A stretch of 64,000 nt of DNA from an uncultured Clostridia bacterium. GTDB taxonomy: Bacteria; Bacillota; Clostridia; Christensenellales; DTU072. The stretch is from NCBI GenBank assembly GCA_944363505.1, contig CALVUD010000001.1, positions 85,633 to 149,632 on the forward strand, given 5' to 3'. This document shows, piece after piece, positions 9,121-16,725 of this stretch. Made by a program: the position numbers and the translations under genes. The notes below the pieces were generated by a model. The model was not told the DNA's origin. It searched no databases and worked only from the letters and a program-made list of their open reading frames with translations. How positions within the stretch are numbered: position 1 is the stretch's first letter; each line of letters opens with the position of its first letter.

Positions 9121-9693
9121 ATGCGATATTACAACAATAACGACCTTAATAATTTATCGGATAACGATACAGAACTGAAAGCGATCTACGATAAATTAAA
9201 AAAATTTTACGAAGAGGATCGGGCTAAGGAGAACGCCGAAAGAATAGAGTTGGAGCGTGACCGCCTCTTTAACGGTTTGCAGTGGTTCTTTCCCAAAAAA
9301 GAATGGCACGAGATCGACGACTTAAGAAAGAAAGCGCGTCAATATACCGGCTATAAAGAAATATTGTCGGTAAAATTGAAAAATCCTTATACAATGGCAC
9401 CGTTGACTTCATTATTGATCTTTTTCGGCTTTTTCAGCATAGACCGTTTTTATATAAAGGATTATGCAACGGCGTTTTTAAGGTTGTTTATCAATATAGC
9501 CTTATTATTGGTCGCAATATTCAATCCGGCATTTGCTTGGTTACTTCTAATTCCAGTCTTCTGGCAATTGACCGAGTTTTTTGCCGTTCCGAGACGCATA
9601 CGAAAAATCAACGCTGAAACCATGCGAAAACATTGCCGCGCGATAATCGCTAAACATGATTTAAGTTGCGCTAACAAGAGCATATTGACTTAA
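9121..9693 (+). CDS. TM2-like membrane protein with a charged, probably coiled-coil N-terminal extension (paralog 2, divergent)
   Basis: LSVKLKNPYTMAPLTSLLIFFGFFSIDRFYIKDYATAFLRLF matches the pre-TM and DRFY pattern of the flanking paralogs. AT-rich coding sequence and a weak RBS. Confidence 0.65.
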   Translation: MRYYNNNDLNNLSDNDTELKAIYDKLKKFYEEDRAKENAERIELERDRLFNGLQWFFPKKEWHEIDDLRKKARQYTGYKEILSVKLKNPYTMAPLTSLLIFFGFFSIDRFYIKDYATAFLRLFINIALLLVAIFNPAFAWLLLIPVFWQLTEFFAVPRRIRKINAETMRKHCRAIIAKHDLSCANKSILT

Positions 9694-9754
9694 ATTACAA
9701 ACTATAGTAATATGGTATCGACGAAAGCGCAAAGCTTTTAAAGGAGGGACCGGT

Positions 9755-10204
9755 ATGACAGAGGAAACTGCGGACAGATATCTGTTGCATTACGCCGATA
9801 AACTGAAGGGCGAAGATTTACCGGTTTTGAGAGCGGCTTTGATCGCGGCGCCAGAATACAAACGCAAAGCCTTGTTAGGGGTAAAATTGTACAAACCTTT
9901 GCTGACTTTGGTATTTTCTCTTGTATTCGGAATGCTTGCCGTGGACAGATTTTACATAAAGGATATCGGCAAAGGAATTTTAAAAGTTTTATCGCTTGCG
10001 GCGTTGACGATCTTGACGATATTGTATCGGATCTACGCAACGCAATTGATTTACCGAGAAAATTTCAGCGGCTTTTTTTCGTTTACCGGGGTGTTGATAT
10101 TATTCGCAATAATTTTCTATGCGATAACTTTTATAGAATTATTCCTCTGTTACAGAAAGACCAAAAAGAAAAATCTCGAAAAACTGTTGGCGGCATTGAG
10201 ATAA
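9755..10204 (+). CDS. TM2 domain-containing membrane protein (paralog 3)
   Basis: LGVKLYKPLLTLVFSLVFGMLAVDRFYIKDIGKGILKVL. The N-terminal helix DLPVLRAALIAAPE parallels KVPALRAALKRAPD of paralog 1. AGGAGGG RBS. Confidence 0.8.
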   Translation: MTEETADRYLLHYADKLKGEDLPVLRAALIAAPEYKRKALLGVKLYKPLLTLVFSLVFGMLAVDRFYIKDIGKGILKVLSLAALTILTILYRIYATQLIYRENFSGFFSFTGVLILFAIIFYAITFIELFLCYRKTKKKNLEKLLAALR

Positions 10205-10238
10205 GACATGCAAAATAACAGTTTTGACCGCTTTTGTC

Positions 10239-10268
10239 GCTTTGCCGTAACGGCAAAGCGTTTCTTTG
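10239..10268 (+). terminator. rho-independent terminator after TM2 paralog 3
   Basis: GCTTTGCCG-TAA-CGGCAAAGC stem followed by GTTTCTTTG. Confidence 0.75.
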
Positions 10269-10307
10269 TCCGATTGGTTTGACTTCGGAGCGGATTCGAG
10301 ATAAAAT

Positions 10308-10340
10308 TATAAAAAGAAACGGTTTGCGATGCAAACCGTT
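10308..10340 (-). terminator. rho-independent terminator after tRNA-Trp
   Basis: On the minus strand, AACGGTTTGC-ATC-GCAAACCGTT is followed by TCTTTTTAT. Confidence 0.8.
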
Positions 10341-10341
10341 C

Positions 10342-10417
10342 TGGCAGGGGAGACGCGACTCGAACACGCAACCGGCGGTTTTGGAGACCGCTGCTCTACC
10401 AATTGAGCCACTCCCCT
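10342..10417 (-). tRNA. trnW: tRNA-Trp (anticodon CCA), genomically encoded 3' CCA
   Basis: The reverse complement folds by hand into a cloverleaf: AGGGGAG/CTCCCCT acceptor, GCTC/GAGC D-stem, GCGGT-CTCCAAA-ACCGC anticodon arm, GCGTG-TTCGAGT-CGCGT T-arm, G discriminator, CCA. 76 nt. Confidence 0.93.
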
Positions 10418-10428
10418 AAGCGATATAA

Positions 10429-10457
10429 ATTATACTAAACGCAGTCGATTAAGTCAA
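10429..10457 (-). promoter_or_regulatory. consensus promoter for tRNA-Trp
   Basis: On the minus strand, TTGACT (10457-10452), 17 nt spacer, TATAAT (10434-10429). It ends about 11 nt upstream of the mature tRNA 5' end. Confidence 0.7.
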
Positions 10458-10483
10458 TCGTTTTATTTAACAGAGGTGTAAAT

Positions 10484-11278
10484 ATGTCTTATAAATTGGG
10501 TTTTGTAGGTTTAGGAGTCATGGGCGGCACGATTCTGTCTCGCTTTATGGATACCTCGACGCTTTCTCCCGAAAGCATAGTCGTTTTCGACGCGCTTAGC
10601 GACAAAGTCGCCGCATTTACTGCCCGCGGAGCGACAAAGGCCGCAAGCCTTGAAGACGTATTGTCCGCCGAAGTCGTTTTTCTGGCGGTAAAACCGCAAA
10701 ATTACAAGGAAATTCTTCAGAACAATCAAGTTTCGTGCAGAACTTTGGTCAGCATCATGGCTGGTGTCAAAACAGAAACTTTGTTAAAACTTTTGCCGGA
10801 GGGAACTTCGGTATGCCGCATCATGCCGAACACTCCCGCATTCATGGGTAAAGGTGCGTCCGGCGTTACATTCGTAAAGGTTATCGACGAGGACAAGGCA
10901 TTAATTGAAAAGATACTGACTTCAATGGGCGAATACGTCGAAATTTCCGAGGACAAATTCGACGCTGTAACCTCGATAAGCGGATCGGGTCCCGCCTACG
11001 TTTATATGTTTGCGGCGGCATTGACAAAAGCGGGGATCGAAGGGGGATTAAGCCCCGAGGAAAGCAAAGCGCTCGCGCTTCAGACCATAGAGGGAAGTGC
11101 AGCCTACGCGAAAATCGCGGAATTCGACCTGGACGCTCTTACCGAGCGCGTTTGCAGCAAGGGCGGAACCACGATAGAAGCCGTACAGGTTTTCCGAGAG
11201 GAAGGACTGGAAAAAATCGTATCCGACGCCGTAAAGGCATGCAGATTAAAATCGGAAGAACTTTCCCGCAAATTATGA
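10484..11278 (+). CDS. proC: pyrroline-5-carboxylate reductase
   Basis: GFVGLGVMGGTIL NAD fold, VFLAVKPQ, RIMPNTPA, and the C-terminal SKGGTTIEAV motif. Confidence 0.92.
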   Translation: MSYKLGFVGLGVMGGTILSRFMDTSTLSPESIVVFDALSDKVAAFTARGATKAASLEDVLSAEVVFLAVKPQNYKEILQNNQVSCRTLVSIMAGVKTETLLKLLPEGTSVCRIMPNTPAFMGKGASGVTFVKVIDEDKALIEKILTSMGEYVEISEDKFDAVTSISGSGPAYVYMFAAALTKAGIEGGLSPEESKALALQTIEGSAAYAKIAEFDLDALTERVCSKGGTTIEAVQVFREEGLEKIVSDAVKACRLKSEELSRKL

Positions 11279-11751
11279 AAAGAGTGGATATATATACCGA
11301 CGGTGCTTGCAGCGGAAATCCCGGACCCGGGGGCTGGGCGGCGATCCTGATATACAAAGGCGTCGAGAAATGCGTTTCGGGCGGTGAGCAAAATACCACC
11401 AACAACCGTATGGAAATAAAGGCTGTCATTGAAGCGCTGAAAATGCTGAAAACCAAACCGTGCGAAGTGAATGTCTACAGCGATTCGGCATACGTTGTAA
11501 ACGCATTCGATCAACACTGGATTTTCGGTTGGCTGAAAAACGGCTGGAAAAAGAGTCCCAACAGCGATACAGATATAAAAAATCGCGAACTCTGGGAAGA
11601 ACTTTACGCGTTATACCGAATGCATTCGGTAACTTTCGTAAAGGTAAAAGGGCATTCCGACAACGAATACAACAACCGTTGCGACGAGGCGGCAAGAAAG
11701 GAAATCAAAAAATTTTCCGAGAAAGAACCGACGGAAGCGGTAACGATATAA
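11275..11751 (+). CDS. rnhA: ribonuclease HI
   Basis: VDIYTDGACSGNPGPGGWAAIL, TNNRMEIKAVIEAL and KVKGHSDNEYNNRCDEAA carry the DEDD catalytic contexts. Start set at the ATG at 11275 (ATGA overlap with the proC stop), not the upstream extension in the track. Confidence 0.92.
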   Translation: MKRVDIYTDGACSGNPGPGGWAAILIYKGVEKCVSGGEQNTTNNRMEIKAVIEALKMLKTKPCEVNVYSDSAYVVNAFDQHWIFGWLKNGWKKSPNSDTDIKNRELWEELYALYRMHSVTFVKVKGHSDNEYNNRCDEAARKEIKKFSEKEPTEAVTI

Positions 11752-11777
11752 TATAATAAAACCCGAATTACAAAAAT

Positions 11778-11806
11778 AAAACCGAGAAGCTTTCTCGGTT
11801 TTTATT
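11778..11806. terminator. bidirectional terminator between rnhA and the PadR-fusion gene
   Basis: ACCGAGAA-GCT-TTCTCGGT stem flanked by an A-run upstream and TTTTTAT downstream. Confidence 0.75.
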
Positions 11807-11807
11807 T

Positions 11808-13451
11808 TTATTTCAGATGATAGTTACCGCTTCGGTACAATACCCAGTACACCAGCGCCGTCGCCGGGATCAGAGCGGCAATCATGACAGGGACATAGGG
11901 GACGCCTGTATTGAAATCCACGTCCGCCAACAGACATACCACCAACGACACGATCGAAATTCCCATAAACGCTATAAACGAATATGTAATCGACGCACCT
12001 GCGTTATACGACGCCTTTATGCGTTTAGTGGGATTTGACGCCCAGACCAAAGTAGTGGTTACCGGCACGATCAACCCCAAAGCGGCTACAAGCAGGGGCA
12101 CTTCGTAACCGATGCTCATACTGCCCGTGCGAATCAGGATGGTCAATATCGCCGCGACGATCGCAATCATCAGATAACACAGGAAACCCGTATTTTTCAG
12201 CAATTTGTTGCTGTAAACGAATTTCATGTAATAATAATTGGAGCTGTTCGCTTTATTGTACGATTTCAGTTTATAACCCTCGTCCATAAGCCGTTGCCTT
12301 AGATCGCCGAACAGCATGGCGTGTCCTAAGGACGGGTCGGGATTGTTGTCGTATATCTCTGCCTTTGCCTGGGCGCGTTCGGCGTTCTCGTAAACAGCAC
12401 TCAGCGCTTCCTTATAATTTATTTCGGGCTCCGACTTTGCCGGCGGCGTTGTTTTGGAAGCGTTTGCCGCGCGAAAGGGAATGTCTTGTTTCATATCGGC
12501 GCCGCTTTGCACCGTATTCGGCATCGGCGCGGCAGAATACAAAATATTTTGAGCCTGTATGCTTTCCTCGCTATATGCGCGTTTTTCTACGTTGACGGGA
12601 CGCGCCGTTTCTTCTTCACGATCGGCTGGGGCGGGTTGGGCATATAATATGCCTTGTGCATAAAGGTTTTCCTCGGTCGGAATACGTTTAAGCTCGGCTT
12701 CGCGCCTTAATTCTTCCTCGGACTTATATTTAACTGCGGTAATCTTGTCGTCTTCGGGGATCAGAATTTTGCGTTCCGCATAATCGCCGATCTTCAAGAA
12801 TTTACTTGCGGCGTCCTGTTTCCTGAGTGTTTCGTAATCGGTCGCTCTGTTAGGCACGTTTGCGTCGGCTGTCGGCGAAACCGCGGGTGCTGCGGCCACA
12901 GAGTCGCTTTTTTCGGGAACGGAAAGCTCTTTAGGCGCTTCCTCATCCTTTACGGGTACCGCCTCGACAGCAGCAGCGGTAGCGTTTGTCAGGAAAATTT
13001 CTTTGTCGCGCTCTTCGGGTAGCAACACTTCGCCCGGTGCGTCGTATGCTTTGACGCGACGCGTAAGAGGGCGTAGTTCGCTCGGATCGAAGGGCGCTTC
13101 GACGGTCTTTAAATCGATTTCTTTGTCGCTTAAAAGACGGTTTATGATCGTGCGCGAAAATTCCCATTCGCGTTGGTCCTGTTCCAGAGTAGCTCTGCCT
13201 TTTTCGGTGAGCCGGTAATAACGACGTCTGCCGCCTTGTGTTTCGTCCCCGAAATACGAGGAAATGAAGCCTTGCTTTTCCAGTCGCTTCAGGCAGGAAT
13301 AAAGAGTAGGCTGTTTAATTTCGTATCTGCCTTCGCTGAGATCCGATATTATGTCCAAAATTTCGTAACCGTAACGGTCGCGTTCCTCGAGGGAATTCAG
13401 GATTATCGTATCGACGTGCCCGCGAATCAATTCGGTGTTGACAGTATCCAT
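11808..13451 (-). CDS. membrane-anchored PadR-family regulator: N-terminal PadR winged helix, ~300 aa low-complexity linker, C-terminal ~4 TM helices
   Basis: Residues 1-105 (GHVDTIILNSLEERDRYGYEILDIISD...IKQPTLYSCLKRLEKQGFISSYF...RRRYYRLTEKG) match the PadR family. The C-terminus has four hydrophobic 20-25 aa segments (FLCYLMIAIVAAILTILI, LLVAALGLIVPVTTTLVWA, ITYSFIAFMGISIVSLVVCLLA, VPVMIAALIPATALVYWVLY). The start lies 12 nt after the lexA stop. Confidence 0.8.
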   Translation of the reverse strand: MDTVNTELIRGHVDTIILNSLEERDRYGYEILDIISDLSEGRYEIKQPTLYSCLKRLEKQGFISSYFGDETQGGRRRYYRLTEKGRATLEQDQREWEFSRTIINRLLSDKEIDLKTVEAPFDPSELRPLTRRVKAYDAPGEVLLPEERDKEIFLTNATAAAVEAVPVKDEEAPKELSVPEKSDSVAAAPAVSPTADANVPNRATDYETLRKQDAASKFLKIGDYAERKILIPEDDKITAVKYKSEEELRREAELKRIPTEENLYAQGILYAQPAPADREEETARPVNVEKRAYSEESIQAQNILYSAAPMPNTVQSGADMKQDIPFRAANASKTTPPAKSEPEINYKEALSAVYENAERAQAKAEIYDNNPDPSLGHAMLFGDLRQRLMDEGYKLKSYNKANSSNYYYMKFVYSNKLLKNTGFLCYLMIAIVAAILTILIRTGSMSIGYEVPLLVAALGLIVPVTTTLVWASNPTKRIKASYNAGASITYSFIAFMGISIVSLVVCLLADVDFNTGVPYVPVMIAALIPATALVYWVLYRSGNYHLK

Positions 13452-13463
13452 TTCACAGAATCC

Positions 13464-14087
13464 TTATTTTATTTTGGTGCGAATCAGACCGACGACAATG
13501 CCCAATATAGTCAATTCGGTAGGGAATATATCGTTCATATTCCAGTTTTCGGGATGCAACCACACCTTGTCGCCTTTTTTGCAAAAGCGTTTGACCGTGG
13601 CGCAACCGTCCTCGACCAGCGCAACTACTACCTGTCCGTTTTCGGCATGGCTTTGCTTTTTGACTAAAATCTTATCGCCGTCGTTAATGCCGATATCGAT
13701 CATACTGCTGCCTTCGACAGTCAACATGAACATTTCTCCGTTGAGGTCGAAAAGATCTGACGGCAGACGGTAACATTCGTCGTATTCCTCAAAAGCCAGT
13801 CTCGGCAGACCTGCCGTAACGCTACCGAGCATCGGAACGGATTCGGAAGAACGTAAAGCGGGGCGTCTGCCTCTGATTTCTATTCCGCGGCTTAATTTGC
13901 TGTTGACCACCAATTCGCCCGCGTCTGCAAGTTTTTTGAGATAATAAGAGGCGCTCGAGGTGCTCTTGATATCGAATTCGGCGCAAATTTCACGAATAGT
14001 GGGGGGATAACCGCGTTCCTCGACCGTGGAATAAATAAAAGATTTGATTGCGTTCAGCTTATCGTTCAGCTCGCTGGTTTTGGTCAT
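13464..14087 (-). CDS. lexA: LexA repressor (S24 autopeptidase)
   Basis: N-terminal wHTH (GYPPTIREICAEF), a cleavage region, and the S24 catalytic contexts VEGSSMIDIGI (Ser) and ILVKKQ (Lys). 207 aa. Confidence 0.93.
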   Translation of the reverse strand: MTKTSELNDKLNAIKSFIYSTVEERGYPPTIREICAEFDIKSTSSASYYLKKLADAGELVVNSKLSRGIEIRGRRPALRSSESVPMLGSVTAGLPRLAFEEYDECYRLPSDLFDLNGEMFMLTVEGSSMIDIGINDGDKILVKKQSHAENGQVVVALVEDGCATVKRFCKKGDKVWLHPENWNMNDIFPTELTILGIVVGLIRTKIK

Positions 14088-14167
14088 ATTTCGCTCCCAA
14101 TTAAAATTATATTATATCCTGCGTTTTATGGCAACCCCGCCGGCAATTTAATTTACGGCTTATACAA

Positions 14168-14196
14168 ATTATAGCATAGTTCGTCAAAATACGCAA
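14168..14196 (-). promoter_or_regulatory. lexA promoter
   Basis: On the minus strand, TTGCGT (14196-14191), 17 nt spacer ending in TGC (extended -10), TATAAT (14173-14168). Confidence 0.6.
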
Positions 14197-14207
14197 ACAA
14201 AAGTTCG
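14194..14207. promoter_or_regulatory. LexA (Cheo/SOS) box 1, overlapping the -35 of the lexA promoter
   Basis: The minus strand reads CGAACTTTTGTTTG, matching the Gram-positive CGAAC-N4-GTTYG consensus. Confidence 0.7.
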
Positions 14208-14215
14208 TAAATTTA

Positions 14216-14229
14216 AGAACATTTTTTCG
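14216..14229. promoter_or_regulatory. LexA (Cheo/SOS) box 2, one mismatch
   Basis: The minus strand reads CGAAAAAATGTTCT (CGAAa-N4-GTTCt). Confidence 0.5.
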
Positions 14230-14312
14230 TATTTTTTATAAATTAAAAATAATTTTATAATATTCGAGACGCTTTTAATATGGTAAAAGCCCGATTTCAT
14301 AATTTTCGGGTT

Positions 14313-15377
14313 TTATTTTTTCCTTAACACTACCTTGGACGAAGCTTCCCGTTTTATATCCTCGTCGAGCGCCGCGTAATGCTTTTTCGTGGTATTGACA
14401 TCTCTGTGTCCCAACACTTCAGCAACCATATATATGTCCTTTGTCTCGCGGTATAATGCGGTTCCGTATGTGGAGCGAAGCTTATGCGGAGAAACCGACT
14501 TTAACGGATTGGCAAGGCCAGTATATTTCTTGACTATATTCTCGACTGCCCTGACAGTAATTCGTTTGTTCTGAAGCGAAATGAACAGTGCCTCAACGTC
14601 GGTATACAGACCCGCCTGCATCAGGCGTTTTTTGCGCCAGTCCATATAAACGTCCAGGGCGTCGCGTACTTCCTCCGAGAAGTACAGTACCGACATGTTG
14701 CCGCCTTTTCGCGTAACTTTGAAAGCCATATTTTTCATGTCTACGTCGTCGACGTTTATTCCCACGCATTCGCTGACTCGGATCCCTGTACCCAACATCA
14801 AGGTAAGTATCGCAATATCGCGCTCGCGCGCGTTCAAATTATATTTATCGCGAAAGGAGGTGTTAAATTTGTTTTCCGCTTCCGCAAGCTCCAGCATATC
14901 GTCGACCTCATCGGAATTTAGCCGAACGATGGTCTTTTCGTGTAATTTCGGCATAGAAACTTTGCTGGCCACATTTTCTTTCAGCTTATCCTTATTATAA
15001 AAATATTTGAACAAGGATCTGACTGCGCTCAGTTTTCTGGCTTTGGCTTTTTCGCCGTTACGGTAGGGCTTACCGTTAAAAGAATAAAAGGAAAGATATC
15101 TCAAAAAATACTCGATGACCGATGCGTCGACGTATTCGTTCAGATCCTGAAGCGTTATGTCCGTAACGTCTTTCCCCACAAAACCTCTGATCTTATGCAC
15201 CAGAAAATCGAAGAAAACCGCAAAATCCGTGGCGTAATTCAGCTTCGTAAGCACGGAAGTCCTCATATCGACTCCCGTAAAATATTCGCCGCAGAAATAG
15301 GGTAATTTATCCAGCAAATCGTTAAATTTAAGATATAATTCTTCGTTGTGTTGTTCGTAATAGGTTTGTTTTGCCAT
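14313..15377 (-). CDS. tyrosine site-specific recombinase, XerS-like architecture
   Basis: Catalytic contexts GIRVSE (Arg), SPHKLRST (H-x-x-R), LGHRDVNTTKKHY (His and Tyr). The N-terminal LPYFCGEYF...LNYATDFAVFFDFLV and the central ERDIAILTLMLGTGIRVSECVGINVDDVDMKNMAFKVTRKGG run parallel to streptococcal XerS as I remember it. Confidence 0.85.
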   Translation of the reverse strand: MAKQTYYEQHNEELYLKFNDLLDKLPYFCGEYFTGVDMRTSVLTKLNYATDFAVFFDFLVHKIRGFVGKDVTDITLQDLNEYVDASVIEYFLRYLSFYSFNGKPYRNGEKAKARKLSAVRSLFKYFYNKDKLKENVASKVSMPKLHEKTIVRLNSDEVDDMLELAEAENKFNTSFRDKYNLNARERDIAILTLMLGTGIRVSECVGINVDDVDMKNMAFKVTRKGGNMSVLYFSEEVRDALDVYMDWRKKRLMQAGLYTDVEALFISLQNKRITVRAVENIVKKYTGLANPLKSVSPHKLRSTYGTALYRETKDIYMVAEVLGHRDVNTTKKHYAALDEDIKREASSKVVLRKK

Positions 15378-15784
15378 ATGTAGATTTTATCATATCTATT
15401 CGTAAAATACAATGAATTTGAAAAAATAATTCAAAGCAGCGAACAGGCGAACAAAAAATAAATGATGCCGCGCCGCTTTCAAAGCAATAGCTAAAAAGTA
15501 ATTCTCAATGCGACTTTTAATAAAACGAGAAGAGAATAAAATGATATCTTGAAGATATATGCGTTTTTAGGTATGAAGCGTTATTCATATTATTTCCGTC
15601 AAACTGAATCAATTCACATATCGGTACATAATCTTATTATAAAATCAATTTATAAACTGAAAGACGTCTGATTTAAGTAAATCTTTATACCCGATCTTTC
15701 CGGACGCGAAACGCACCGTCGCGCAAACAAGCGCGAAATTATAAAATTGTAGTTTAATTTAAAGAGATTGATTTAAAAAAATAT

Positions 15785-15821
15785 AATATATAGGTTTATC
15801 CGTAATATATAGGTTTATCCG
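15785..15821. repeat. perfect 18-nt tandem direct repeat (period 19)
   Basis: AATATATAGGTTTATCCG occurs at 15785-15802 and again at 15804-15821, separated by a single T. Confidence 0.95.
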
Positions 15822-16302
15822 GCTCCATGAGTACGGCAAAAAAATTAAATACTTAAAACCAAACTCCCGATAAACGGTCTACGGTCCGTGAAACGATTCC
15901 ATGCCAACAAAACCATTAAAAAAACAAATTGCTGAAATTCCAATTATGAAGTTCGGAATCGCCTAAAAACAAAACGGAGAAGAATCTTATTTATTTTTTA
16001 TCTACGGAAATCAGTTCTTAATCCGGAATACGATAAATTAAATCGTTTGACGAATACATCGTTATGGACAAAACAGAGCATAGCAGCAAAACAAAACACA
16101 ATTCTGATATTAAGATTCGGGACAGCGAAAATAGTTTTAAAATGCAACAAGCGAATAAAAGAAATTATGATCGCCCCGTGATCTGCAATAATCGGAAAAA
16201 ACAGCTTAAATCCAAAATAAGAAAATAATTTATAAAAGAAATTTGTGCGCGTCGTCAAGACATTGAATTGATTTGAATCGCACGGGAAATAATTTAATTA
16301 AC

Positions 16303-16326
16303 AACGACTAAATTAACGACTAAATT
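16303..16326. repeat. 2 x 12-nt perfect tandem repeat
   Basis: AACGACTAAATT AACGACTAAATT. Confidence 0.9.
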
Positions 16327-16657
16327 TTTGAGCGAAAGCCGAATCGACAAAACCAAGCCAAAAAATTTGAAATTACGAAAGCGCAATTCTTCAAACCGAT
16401 TTAAAAGACTTAAATGACGTCAGCCAAGCGCCCGGTCATTATGACACAAATAAATCGGCAAAAATTCATGACGAAAATCGCTCAAATAAATTCTCTAAAA
16501 GATTTAAAACCGAATAACAGGACAATCCGTTGCACAAAACGCGCACGAAAAAATTATTATGCGAATAGATTATAGAAAAAATCGAAAAATTTGCAAATTC
16601 AATGTTTTACCGAATTTCGAGCCGATTTTTCGATTTTCTTTACTCCCCTGTATGCTA

Positions 16658-16689
16658 TTTATTCGCAAAACTGTTGTTTTGCGAATAAA
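16658..16689. other. perfect 14-bp inverted repeat (hairpin) just beyond the 3' end of the 156-aa ORF
   Basis: TTTATTCGCAAAAC-TGTT-GTTTTGCGAATAAA. No clean U-tract on the minus strand; TGTTTTG follows on the plus strand. Confidence 0.6.
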
Positions 16690-16725
16690 TGTTTTGACAA
16701 TCCGGTGTGTTTTTCCTCGCAGCTC

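Noticed and set aside
15417-15435. Short inverted repeat TTTGAA-N7-TTCAAA about 40 nt upstream of the XerS-like gene, considered as a difSL-type site.
   Set aside because: The arms are only 6 bp in AT-rich DNA, with no extended similarity to the remembered difSL or Firmicute dif cores. It is as likely to be chance or a promoter element.
15998-16258. 86-aa hydrophobic ORF on the minus strand inside the AT-rich island.
   Set aside because: The reading is dominated by Phe/Ile/Leu arising from T-runs on the minus strand. It has no RBS, no recognisable motif, and sits within otherwise ORF-free sequence.
16414-16575. 53-aa basic ORF (MTSAKRPVIMTQINRQKF...) on the plus strand of the island.
   Set aside because: No Shine-Dalgarno sequence or promoter upstream. 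It is below any reasonable coding-evidence threshold, and its composition matches the surrounding A-rich non-coding DNA.
16575-16638. 13-bp AT-only inverted repeat (AAAATCGAAAAAT ... ATTTTTCGATTTT) separated by 34 nt, considered as invertible-element boundaries.
   Set aside because: It is low-complexity A/T sequence. The 34-nt interior is too small to carry a promoter switch, and no second matching pair flanks a larger segment.
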